NCBI GenBank assembly: GCA_002269645.1
Contig: NIVC01001471.1
Coordinates: forward strand, 124,001-188,000
DNA from: Macrostomum lignano
Taxonomy: Eukaryota
Direction of reading: 5' to 3'
DNA: 64,000 nucleotides
The translations under genes and the position numbers were made by a program. Each line of letters starts with the position of its first letter. The first letter of the stretch is position 1. The notes under the pieces are model-generated. The model did no database searches. It was not told the DNA's origin and saw only the letters and a list, made by a program, of their open reading frames with translations. Of the stretch, positions 27,259-38,349 are shown in pieces.

Positions 27259-29303
27259 ATGGAGATCGTAGGAATTGGAACGCAAAATTGGAAGAGTGCC
27301 TCAAATCAGAGCATTGATGTCAATAATGGTTTAATTCTTCAATCTGAGTCGGACTGCACAAGACTTAGACGAAGAGATCCAGTTCCTTTTTTCAGAGACT
27401 ATGTTCTCGACCTCAGCAATGGTGTGGCAGATAAGTACGCGCGATCAACTCGGGAAGTTGTTAATCTTCTAAGGAATACTTTATTATCACTTAACGAGAG
27501 TACAAAAGCAATGCTACGCTCCAAAGAAAATTTGGAAACAGCACTTGAGAATATTCGTAAGGACCTTCAACTCAACCGTGAGACAGCGCATCTTCGATCG
27601 CTGAAACCAAAGGAAGAAAGAGTAAGTATACACCCATTATATTTAGTAAAATTAATGTTAATTAATTCAGAATTAACATCAGAATCTTTCCACAGTTTAT
27701 AACGGACAGAGATGGCTGTTAAAATATTAGTTAATGTGTTAAAATACTTCATAAAAGTTATAGAACTGTAAGAGCATATAAAAATATATATGCTTTAATT
27801 GGCAATAATTAAAATTAAAAGAGTAAAATATTCTTACTAAATCATAGTCCTATATATATCCATAGTAGTTGTTGGTATATTAACTTTAAACTAAAATAAT
27901 TACACCAGTGAAATATAATCTGTTTAGTGCATAACTTGCTTATTCAAAAAATTATATTTCTACTTTCTATCTTGAAATAAAATAAACCTTGATTATCTTG
28001 AATTATTGAATGCTCCTTACTTACTCTAGAATTAGTTTTTTCCTTAAATTTTTGCTACAAATGTTTCCAGCTATTAAAGTTATTAATATCCCAAGTAAGC
28101 AAGATGCTAGCATTATTATTTGTAAAAAATATGTAAAAATAGGTATTATATGGAAGCTGACAGACTAACAGAATCTGAGACATTCATGGGTTCAGATTCC
28201 ATTTTTTATCATCTTTACACGCATAATTATTAGCCACAAGACCTATTTTAAAATTTAATTCCTAATTTTCGAACTTTTCACATTAATAAACTGCAAAATT
28301 TTGCTTCTGTCGATTTTTTAAAGATATAATTAAACTGTTTTTAAACAGATAAAATTTTAAACTTATAACAATAAAACACTACAGCAAAGCATATTAAAAC
28401 AAAGTTCTCCGGATTTTAATATCCGTCACGCAGCTGGCCGACGGCGCGGACGATTTGTTGAACGCTGAGCGGCTGCACCTCGTCAACCTAAAGCAGGCGC
28501 TGGAGGCCAAGCATCGCGGTGTGGACGAGCTGCTGCAGCAGCTGGCCAAAAGCCGCGCCGCTCTCCAGAAGCTGCTGTCCGAGCGCGGCCGCGTCTGCGA
28601 CCTCGTCTGCGGCGTCACCCGGCCGGCCTACTCGCGGCAGTCCACCCGCGACTCCGGCGCGCCCGGCCCTGGTAACCGACCGAGCACCTGCGGCGTCGGC
28701 GGCAGTGGCGCCGATGGCATCGACGCTCTGGGCTCGTACACGCCGCAGTGCGAGATGGTCATCAAGGATGCCGAAGATCTCATGCGAAGGTACATGAATA
28801 AAGGAAACTATGATAGGGGTGAGCTCTGTGAGCAGCCCACAGGATGACGTGGCGGCTGGGTTTGCATATTTGCACTCTTCTTTAGTTCTGTTGCCTCCGT
28901 ATTCTCATAGAAATTCTGGCGCCTCAATTGTCATTCCCAAACAGATGCAAGCTGGTTGAAGGCGATGTAGCGGAGACTCTGGACGAGGTGAAGCGTCTAC
29001 AGAAGACCGCTCACAAGTCTGTGAACGACGGGCTGGTGAAGAAGATCTCTGAGACCGTCACGTTTGATGTAAGTGCATTGGGCTATTAACTATTAAATAA
29101 TTGTTATCGAATAGCTCAACGCACAGGAAAGGGATTGCAACAATGAAAAGCGGCACTGAACCATTGCTCTTGACAGCAAAAACTGGAGCTGGCAGCCGCG
29201 GACTCGAGGAGAACCATCAACAAAGCCAGGCGGTGGGAGAGCTTCGCTGCCAAATCGCTTGGATACAACCTGGTGAGTGACTGGCACAGACAGACAGACA
29301 GGC

Positions 29304-29396
<93 letters not shown>

Positions 29397-30818
29397 CGCG
29401 CACACAACAGCCGCAATGAAACCCTCACGACCAGGGCCCGGAGAAGTACTCCGATCTGAAGGCGCGGGAGAAGCTGGACAGGCCGATTATTCGAGTCTAT
29501 CAGCGCCATCCGGGCAACCAGGTGCCCGAGGCGCAGGAGATCATCAAGGTAAGATTCGAAATTGAAGAATTTTAAGCAAAGTCGTAGCTGTGACTTTACA
29601 TTTACATCTCAACCTCTAAAATATCGGTAAAACCCGTCAAGAATCTCCCGGGAAACCCTCCAGAATCCATCTGGAAACCCTCCAGAATCTCCCTTGGAAA
29701 CCCTCCAGAATCACCTTGGAAACCCTCCAGAATCTCCCTTGAAACCCTCCAGAATCTCCCTTGGAAACCCTCCAGATTCACCCTGAAAACCCTCCAGAAT
29801 CTCGCTGGAAACCTTCCAGAATCTCCTTGGAAACCCTCCAGAATCTCCCTGGAAACCCTCCAGAATCACCTTGGAAACCCTCCAGAATCTCCCTTGAAAC
29901 CCTCCAGAATCTCCCTTGGAAACCCTCCAGATTCACCCTGAAAACCCTCCAGAATCTTCCTGGAAACCTTCCAGAATCTCCTTGGAAACCCTCCAGAATC
30001 TCCCTGGAAACCCTCCAGAATCTCCCTTGAAACCCTCCAGAATCTCCCTGGAAACCCTCCAGAATCTCCTTGGAAAACCTCCAGAATCTCCCTGGAAACC
30101 CTCCAGAATCTCCCTGGAAACCCTCCAGAATCTCCCTGGAAACCCTCCAGAATCTCCTTGGAAACCCTCCAGAATCTCCCTTGAAACCCTCCAGAATCTC
30201 CCTGGAAACCCTCCAGAATCTCCCTGGAAACATTCCAGAATCTCCCTGGAAACCCTCCAGAATCTCCTTGGAAACCCTCCAGAATCTCCCTGGAAACCCT
30301 CCAGAATCTCCCTTGAAACCCTCCAGAATCTCCCTGGAAACCCTCCAGAATCTCCCTGGAAACCCTCCAGAATCTCCCTGGAAACCCTCCAGAATCTCCT
30401 TGGAAACCCTCCAGAATCTCCCTGGAAACCCTCCAGAATCTCCCTGGAAACCTTCCAGAATCTCCCTGGAAACCCTCCAGAATCTCCTTGGAAACCCTCC
30501 AGATTCACCCTGAAAACCCTCCAGATTCATCCTGAAAACCCTCCAGAATCTCCCTGGAAACCCTCCAGAATTTCCAAAAAAATGCCACGAATAGGTACTC
30601 CTGTCTGTTATCCTACCTCATTGAGCCGCATCTCATGTTCTGTCCCGCAGGCCCGCAACTACTACGAGGACTCTCTGCTGACCACCCGCCGCAACATCGG
30701 GCTGCTGCAGCTGTCGCAGCGCCGGCTCGAAGAGGACATGCGAGCTAAAAAGCTGGCCGCCTCGGCCGACTTGGCCGCGCTGCGCAATCGACGCAAAAAG
30801 GCCGACCATCGCTGGTGA
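27259..30818 (+). CDS. CCDC105: Tektin-like protein CCDC105/TEKTL1, 406 aa; exons 27259-27621, 28434-28789, 28945-29068, 29177-29272, 29435-29548, 30651-30818
   Basis: Six exons join in frame (1221 nt); motifs LRSLKPKEER|LADGADDLL, LGSYTPQC, and EKLDRPIIRVYQRHPGNQVPEA match vertebrate CCDC105 ([22 protein letters not shown]). Confidence 0.9.
29285..29396. repeat. (GACA)n microsatellite occupying most of a short CCDC105 intron
   Basis: Read directly. Confidence 0.95.
29640..30575. repeat. 22-bp minisatellite (GGAAACCCTCCAGAATCTCCCT) in the last CCDC105 intron
   Basis: Read directly; source of the 29761-30818 spurious ORFs. Confidence 0.95.
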
Positions 30819-32344
30819 ACCTTGAGGACTAGAGCTAAATTGGACAGATCAACAGTTGCACAGCTTGTGTTGTTTCATTCTGCCTGTATCTCTTTTCATT
30901 TGGTTCCAATGGTTCCGTGTTACATTTGCTAAAAAGTTTTTCTAACATTGTTTTTCATCTCTACAAAGCAGTCACCAGATTGCTTTACTGATCTGGTGCA
31001 GCAAATCTTGGCCTTAAAAGTCCATCTGCACACACTGCTGCTTTGCTGTTTAAATTTTGCAATTGAATCGTTGTTTGCCTGTTGTTTTCAGCCAACAAAA
31101 GTGAGAAAAATGTTGCTCAACAAAATTTATGCTGACCTTAAACTGCGCGCTCCCACGCTAGCTCGTAGAGAATTTAGCTGCTTTCAGATCTACGTGGCTA
31201 TCCACGTGGCTTTAGTTCAGTAGTGACTGTGAATAATTTAAACAAATTTGCGGCAATAACTGCAAACAGACAAATTTAGAATATATGCTTGTTCGTATTA
31301 TATCCTACTTTCAATTCAGTAGTATCAGTCTTTTTTCTTTCTCCCGCCGATTTCCTATTGGTTAGTCTTATCTGTCGTATTGTTCCAACAACCCCCCTTC
31401 GCCGCGAAATCTCTACCCCTGTCACATCTCTGCCCCGTTTTATTGCAACTCTCCCCTCGTTGTTGGGGTGCGGCGACCATGTACATTATCTATCTGGCTA
31501 GCCATTGTACATTATCTCTGCACTGATAGCGAAATTCGTCACGTGATTCTCTCCAGAAAACTTCTCCAGCAAATACGAGTATAATTCGCCTTTCTCGCTG
31601 AAAGCTGATCTAAATGATTTCTCACCCGCTACGAAAAAAGACAAGCAAAAATTTAATAAGCAAGTTCAAATTAGTCCATGAGATTACGATATTAGCGATG
31701 AGTAGATTGTAGATTTATCGTTTGTCACCTTATACTGCTGATAAACATTCTGTACACTGCTTTAATAGAAAGTTTAAATGTTGTCAATTTTACACAGTTA
31801 ATTTACACTCGTTCTCATATTTTTGCTATTTTTTCATAAATTTTCGTGTTTGTTATTCTACCTTTAGTTTTTAGATAGACGTCCTCGGCTTTGCTAGTAT
31901 GTCTTGCTATTTTAATAAAAATCAAGTCGGTCTAAAAAGATTTCCTACCTATTTTTTTCTAAAATTAATTGTAATTATATTGCTTCAGTTCTACAATATT
32001 TCTACGCGCTTTTTTTCTCGGTTGTCCGGGGCTAATTTTGCATCGGTATTTCCCTGTTTAATACAAGGCTCAACTGCTGAATAGCTTTAGAAGTTGCTTA
32101 TTATATGAATGGATAATTTCCTTCGCTTTGCTTGCTTGCGTCACTGCTGCTGTTTTTCTCAACAGAAAAAAGGAAAAAATAAAATCGAAAATTAGAACGA
32201 ATATTAACTGCTTAGCCGTCTGCTCTACGAGTATCGATTGCGCTTTTTTCGTAGCAAATTATTGAAAATATACTAATTGCTAGCTAAATTAAGATAGGAG
32301 TTAAAGGAATCTTTGACAACCTCGGCTGCCTACCAACTTGAGGA

Positions 32345-32640
32345 CTAGAGGTTGTAGCCTAGTGGTCAGAGCGTCGGACTCACGACTCAAAAGTCGGGGG
32401 TTCGATTCTCGACCCAATCGGAACAATTTGTGTCCTTGAGCAAGACACTTTGCATTGCTTCAGTTCACCCAGCTATAAAATGGGCGCCAGCATTCGCTGG
32501 GATAATAAGAAGATGGGGTGTGTGGCAATGGCGACCCCCAGTCCTTGGACTGAACAGCCGTACGCAGCCTTCAGATGCGCCGCGCAATAGCTGCGACTGA
32601 GCTGTCGGTAGCGCATCTGTCCATTAGGGGAGGGTGTAAT
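32345..32640 (+). mobile_element. Full-length tRNA-derived SINE with a CORE(MIR)-like central domain
   Basis: A-box TAGCCTAGTGG, B-box GGTTCGATTC, then TGTGTCCTTGAGCAAGACACTT...CAGCTATAAAATGGG (cf. MIR core GTGACCTTGGGCAAGTCACTT...CTGTAAAATGGG), AT-rich tail; second copy at 12826-13098. Confidence 0.8.
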
Positions 32641-33127
32641 AAAAAATAATATTAATTAAAAATATTATTCAGGACCTCGTGTCTCACCTCATGACAACAC
32701 GGGCGAGTTAAAAATAAGCTAAAGGCTGAGATCCAGTTCGACTGCCGTGATGTGGTAAGCAGCTTGGATACAAACCTAAGATGTGTGACGTGATTGCAAT
32801 TGGCTGTGCTGTTGTTGGCTTGCACACACCTTGCAGACAGATTTCCATACTATGATGAGCTCCTGCATCAATGGCATGCATCTAAAGCCAAAAAATGTGA
32901 CTCTCTTCTCGTCACTGATCCCTGATTCGCTTCACATTCTGCAAACAAGATGCGTTATTCCAATCCGAAAGCAAAAACATTCAGAGACGAATTGGAGAAC
33001 GGCTAGAATGAGAGCAGAACTGAAGCCCCATTGGCTGTGCAGTGGAGATTTAAGCCACCCACAAGGAAAAAATTCAATTCATCAAGCAACACTTGGAGCG
33101 CTCAGAACCATTTTGAACACTGCGGCG

Positions 33128-34009
33128 ATGTCGACACCAACGATGCTCCTCCTCGCCCTGCTGAGCCTCGCCTGCCTGCGCAGCCTGCAGTCCTGCCAGC
33201 CGCCCTACCAGTCCGTGTCCGGCTTCTGCCTGCTCGTGAACACCACAGCCGCAGTCGGCTGGTGCCAGGCAGCTCGTCTGTGCCAGGCCGTCGGAGGCGA
33301 GCTGGTGATGGAGCCGGCCGCCATCCGGGCAGCTGCTCCGTTCACCACGGTGAACTTGTGGGTCGGCGTCACCGACATGCTGGAGGAGCGGCTCACCAGC
33401 AGGTGAAGCAGTCAACATCGAGTTTCGAGTGTTTCTGCACAAAGCAAAATTTATGCCACCTTTTGCTAAAATTCGGAAAATCTCACGCAACTGTTCATTA
33501 GCCTGCGATGCGTACATATACTAATTTTCGAGATTATAGCTAAAATATTATAACTGATCTGATATTCTCATCTTCTCAGAAGCGGCTGGCGCATGGCCAA
33601 TGGAAGCGAGTTTGTTGCCCCAAACTCTGACTGGGGATCTGGCTACCCAAACAACAATGACCACTCGGACGACATGCTGGCTCTAACAAGTGGTCTCCTG
33701 GCCGACTTGATCTCATCAAACGCCATCGGCTTCGTCTGCCAGCCCGTGGCGACGCCGAACAGCGGAACCTTCCGTCGGACCAGCTTCCTGAAGCTGGGTG
33801 ACATCACGCCCTACTACTGCTACACGGAGGTGCAGTCGGTGCAGCGCAGGCTGCTCTGCATTCGCCAGTGCGCTGCCCGCTGGGAGTGTCGGGCGGCTCT
33901 GTTCAACCGGGCCGAGTCTCGCTGCCGCATGCTGGACTTCGCCGACGCGAGCGCGGGCGACGCCATCGAGAAGAGCGGCGCTTGGGAGAAGTTCGTCAAG
34001 GCCTACTGA
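33128..34009 (+). CDS. Secreted C-type-lectin-like + PAN/apple domain protein, copy 1 (234 aa); exons 33128-33402, 33580-34009
   Basis: Signal peptide (MLLLALLSLACL); CTLD motifs C..GFCLLV...W..A..LC...GG.L, LWVG, W..G.PN, FVC; C-terminal C..QC....C.A..FN....CRML PAN-like pattern. Phase-2 GT-AG intron. Confidence 0.8.
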
Positions 34010-35379
34010 GAGAAACAGCGATTGAAGAGACAAGATGGCCACTGGAATTAACAAAGTCTTGACCCCTTGATAGAACAATTTTAACCAAAAATACGCTCGT
34101 AGCGGAAACTCTGCTTGAGTGCAGCGTCACATAAAGCAAAATAAAGAGAGCTTAAAGGCGGACGGCCGCATTCACAACTGCTAGAAGCCTTTTTTCTTTC
34201 CTTTCTTCACCAAAAATTATAACTTTCTTGCATCAACCCTGAAAGTAAAAAGCTTGTTGATGTTTCTGTCCTCAAATTAATCTTTCTTCCACAATTAGGG
34301 CTGAGTCAGAAACATTTACGAATGGTGTAATATCAAGCCTTTGCCGAGGAAGGAAAGCACTTTGGGATCCCTTATTTGATGTTAAATTACTCATATAAAT
34401 TCCGATTATTTTCTACGTACCTCGTAATTTCTAGCTCGTAATTTTTTACGAGCGTAATACCCCAATTAGAACACATTGGCTTGTGAAGCATACTCCCTGA
34501 TTATATCATGGACCACGGTATACAGTGGTCCTTGATTTATGTGGCAACTCTCTCTATTTTCAAAATTTTACAAATCCACCATACCGCTTAAAGAAATTTT
34601 TTTCTGGAATTTTTTCGATGTGCAGGACTCAGGAGCCTCGAAGTCTGAAACTTTCGTTATACCCGGGTAGCAACGCAGAGCGCTACTCAAGTTTCGCAGT
34701 AAGCGGATGAGGAGTTTGCTTTTCTATTTTTTTAGGAAGATGAGGCGCATGTTTCCCTTACACCATTTTTTTCCGAAACGTTTCCAGACTCAAGCGATGG
34801 GAATGAGGCAAAGGCTTTGTCGTGCCCGGTTTCCTTCCTATTCAAACTAATCACAAAAACATTTTGAGCTCACATTGATTGGAAGAAAAAAACATTGATT
34901 TCCTCGCATTGGGTGTGGAAGGCGATGTTGCGGAGTTAACCACACAGTCAGCGATCTGAGAGACTTTTTCAAGACAGGCGCGTTTCACTTCCGGTAATAA
35001 AATGTTATTAGACTTTCGATGTCAAAGATTTTTTCTTTTGGCTATCCCAAGGACTGCTAAAGTAAGGCAGCAATCTTTGTAATCCTGAGGCTTGTACAAA
35101 ATCAAAATTTTTGCTTATTTCGGACCTTTGCAGACTACGAGCGTGTCAATCTACAATTGACGAACGCTCTAAGCCTCTGTTAATATATTTTGCCAGCCAA
35201 CGCTCATTAACAATGGTAAGCAAATGAGAGGCTTAAAGCGTTTGTCAATGTACTTTGTGGCCGCGATCATCATCACAGTCTGAAACCCCCTATATAATCT
35301 ACCATTAACTTAGTCCATTTTCTCTTTTTGGATCTTGATTTCATTCCTATCATCGTTTATGTCTGCAGCTGTGCGAGTG

Positions 35380-35620
35380 TCAGTACATCCAGTGGATTAT
35401 CATCGCAGCTCCAATTTTTGGTACTCTGCCACCAACACAAGGCAGACGATTGCGGCGTCCAGTCTCCTTGTAGCGACGCTTAATTGACATAACGGTATTG
35501 ACGTTAATCTTCTTCCATTTCGCGATTTCGACTGGCCGCTCATTACTTCTGTTTAAGGTTTTGATGACTAGGCTGTGCATTTCATCACTGATCCTTGTCT
35601 GTGTGCTTGACTTAATTGCG
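35380..35620 (-). pseudogene. N-terminal HTH fragment of a Tc1/IS630-type transposase
   Basis: ...EIAKWKKINVNTVMSIKRRYKETGRRNRLPCVGGRVPKI resembles the paired-like HTH + GRPRK linker. Confidence 0.6.
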
Positions 35621-36471
35621 GGCGCCGTCCTGGCCGAAGAGCATGGCAAGAATCAATCAACTGCCGCATGAACGTACGCCCAGAACAGATAACCTGCGCC
35701 ACCAACCGAGCTTACCAATCACATGCTGCAGCACTAATTAGCCGACTAACTCTAGTTTTCCCGCTTCCAGCTCCAGCAGGCAGACAAGCTTCTCCACTTT
35801 CTAGCTCGTAATCCGGCAGCATCTTCACTCCGGTGAGAGTGTCAAACTTGGCACCCAAAAAGGACATACGCTGAGAGAGCCGCCGACACTTGCCCCCCTG
35901 TTGACTGTGAAGCCCAAGCGAGTCACGAGGTCAGTCATCTGATTACAAAAAAATCTTTGGCAGTCCTCACGGGAACCTCTCCGCACCATCGGTAGCTTCA
36001 TCGCCTCGCTAAGTCCATGGAAAAACGTCACGGTAAGCTTTACTCAGGTCGACCTTTGTCATGAAGCACCCTCTAGTCAACTTTCTATCAAAGTTTTCCA
36101 CACAAGAAAACCGCAGATTCTCCTGACCGACCCACATCAAGTTGACGCAGCCACTGACCGGTCGGCTACAGTTGCGAATCAGGTGCACCGCTCTTCGTCC
36201 TTCGGCAGAGCGCCGATGGCGCTCGCGATCTCAGTCACTGCCCCTTCGGCCACTCTCTCTCTCTCTCTTCCCTCTTCTTCACTTCTCTCGTTTCTCTTAT
36301 ACCCCCAACGGACGCTCTGCTACTGCACCCCCGCCAGCAGCGGGAATTATCTATGGTAAAAAGCTCACTAACAATACAATTCCCAGTTCTTCCCACAAAG
36401 GAGGGGGCAACAATAAACATGTATTGTACCATGACCTTTGTGCCCGCTGGGCACTTATTCTTGCCTTTTAA

Positions 36472-37504
36472 TGCCATAGACTACATTTAAGCCCGCTTGC
36501 AGGAGTCACACTTACTTTAATGCAAATTAGCGGGCAGTTAATATAGGATTTTTCGTTTCATAAAATTGTCATTTGATTTCGTCCATAGAAGTTGGCAGCG
36601 CAGCCATAGAGTCTATGGCAATAAAGTGCGCTGTTTTCCGATTGAATTCATAACTTTGCCACTTCATTTCGACTTGGCGCGCTGAGTGACTCAAACACTG
36701 CCAGAGGGGGCTGGGATATCAGTGGGTGAATATCTATGGCCAAACCTCTCATAGAAATGAAAAGCCTATATGAACGTGTCCTCTTCTTGGGCAACAGTCA
36801 CCTTCCTTGTGTGCCTAAAAATGGCTGCATACGCGTCCATTGGAAACGTATAAACGCGGCCAATCGTATTCAACTGCGAACTCTGCCACCGTACTCTCCA
36901 TTTCTTAACGCCGCGGAGCAGGCACACAGTTGTCTCAAGGCTTTGCTTAAACGCCAGCTAGCAACACCTGAGCTTCAACAGGAACTTAGCTATCCGCCTG
37001 ATGGCATCAACCCAACGGAGTGGAGACTCATGGTGCTTTTCCGCTGTGGCTACGTTGCACTAGAGGAAATTTCCGCCGCTGCGGAACGACATGTGATGCG
37101 GTTTCTGCCCCTGTGCATCAATGAGCAGCAGATAATGTGAAATTTGTAGCTTGTTGCAGCGAAAGAGCATTAAATTTGGCGGACATAACTGATTTCACTG
37201 TTGCAACTGCCTACTTCCTCATGTGACTTAATACACAGCTTTCTGTTTTTAACAGTTCTTTCTGTACTGGACAAGCGCATCGACTTTTCTGTTGCCTTTC
37301 TACTGGGTATGTCGAAATGAAGTGGCAAAGTTATGAATTCAATTGGAAAACAGCGCACTTTATTGCCATAGACTCTATGGCCGCGCTGCCAACTTCTATG
37401 GACGAAATCAAATGACAATTTTATGAAATCAAACGAAAAATCCTATATCATTAACTGCCCGCTAATTTTGTCCCACTTTGTCAAGGACACAAATGTCTAT
37501 GGCA
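36472..37504 (+). mobile_element. Internally deleted IS630/Tc1-type element: long imperfect inverted repeats around a transposase C-terminal fragment (~36840-37140)
   Basis: ~150-bp inverted arms 36524-36673 / 37311-37468 with outer TGCCATAGAC / GTCTATGGCA; internal ORF carries LPPYSPFLNAAE (YSPxLNPIE motif). No TSD identified. Confidence 0.7.
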
Positions 37505-38349
37505 CAATGATAGTAATACCCATGCTTTAAGGGCGTTAATGGGAAAATCAGAGGGCGCCGTTAGGTACTATTGTGCCCTGCCAGTTCAACTTCTCCAACC
37601 TGGATGTCTTGCATTTCAAGAAAAAAACGCTTTACTCTTTGCTGAAGGTTGCAGAGACTCGCGTGACATGTTTATAAATACCCGAAGTCTAAAATGTTGA
37701 CGCGATTAAGAACACTCGCTTAAATGGCTTGCATTAAGTATGCCAAGTTTGAGCTTCAAAGCTTCTTAGCCCAGTACAATCATCATTTGATTAGCTTCAT
37801 AAGAATCGTCGCACATTCTTAACTGTTTTTGTCAACAAATAAAAGGCGGAGGTTTAGTGGAAAATAAAATGCTGCCGACTTTGGTCTGCTTGTAGCCTCA
37901 GCTCTGGCTATTTTCTTTTCTTATTCTTTTATTTCCCATGGGCTTTTTGCCTCATATCCCTTCCAAGGGCCAGTACCCAAGAAAGGGCCGTCAGCACCAT
38001 AGACAGCTTCCCAGCTGCATATACAAAGTACAAGCGTAGCTACATAAGCACATGTGCATTTGCACTTGTATAAAGCATAAACAGATAGCAGAGCTTGTCC
38101 ACAACATTAACTTTACCATCACCACTTTACCAGCACCTTTTTACTCATCCGACATCTTAAAATATCAAAAAAAGCTCTCCTCTTTCAGATCCATTAGCAA
38201 TCTCGATTCTAATAGTAATAAGAATTAATGCTTTAATGATTATACTTTGTGCAGCTTGTGCAAAGTTTAATGATTATACTTTGACCGTAAAGACGGTCTC
38301 TTACTGCGAAGACTCAATTTATTGCATGTCTTAATTTATTTGCCCCACG

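Noticed and set aside
32348-32420. Possible tRNA gene (A and B boxes, CAC anticodon-like loop)
   Set aside because: Acceptor and anticodon stems pair poorly, and the sequence continues into a body shared with the copy at 12826-13098, so it is a SINE head.
34519-34550. TA-CAGTGGTCCTTG resembling a Tc1/pogo terminus
   Set aside because: I could not find a matching opposite terminus.
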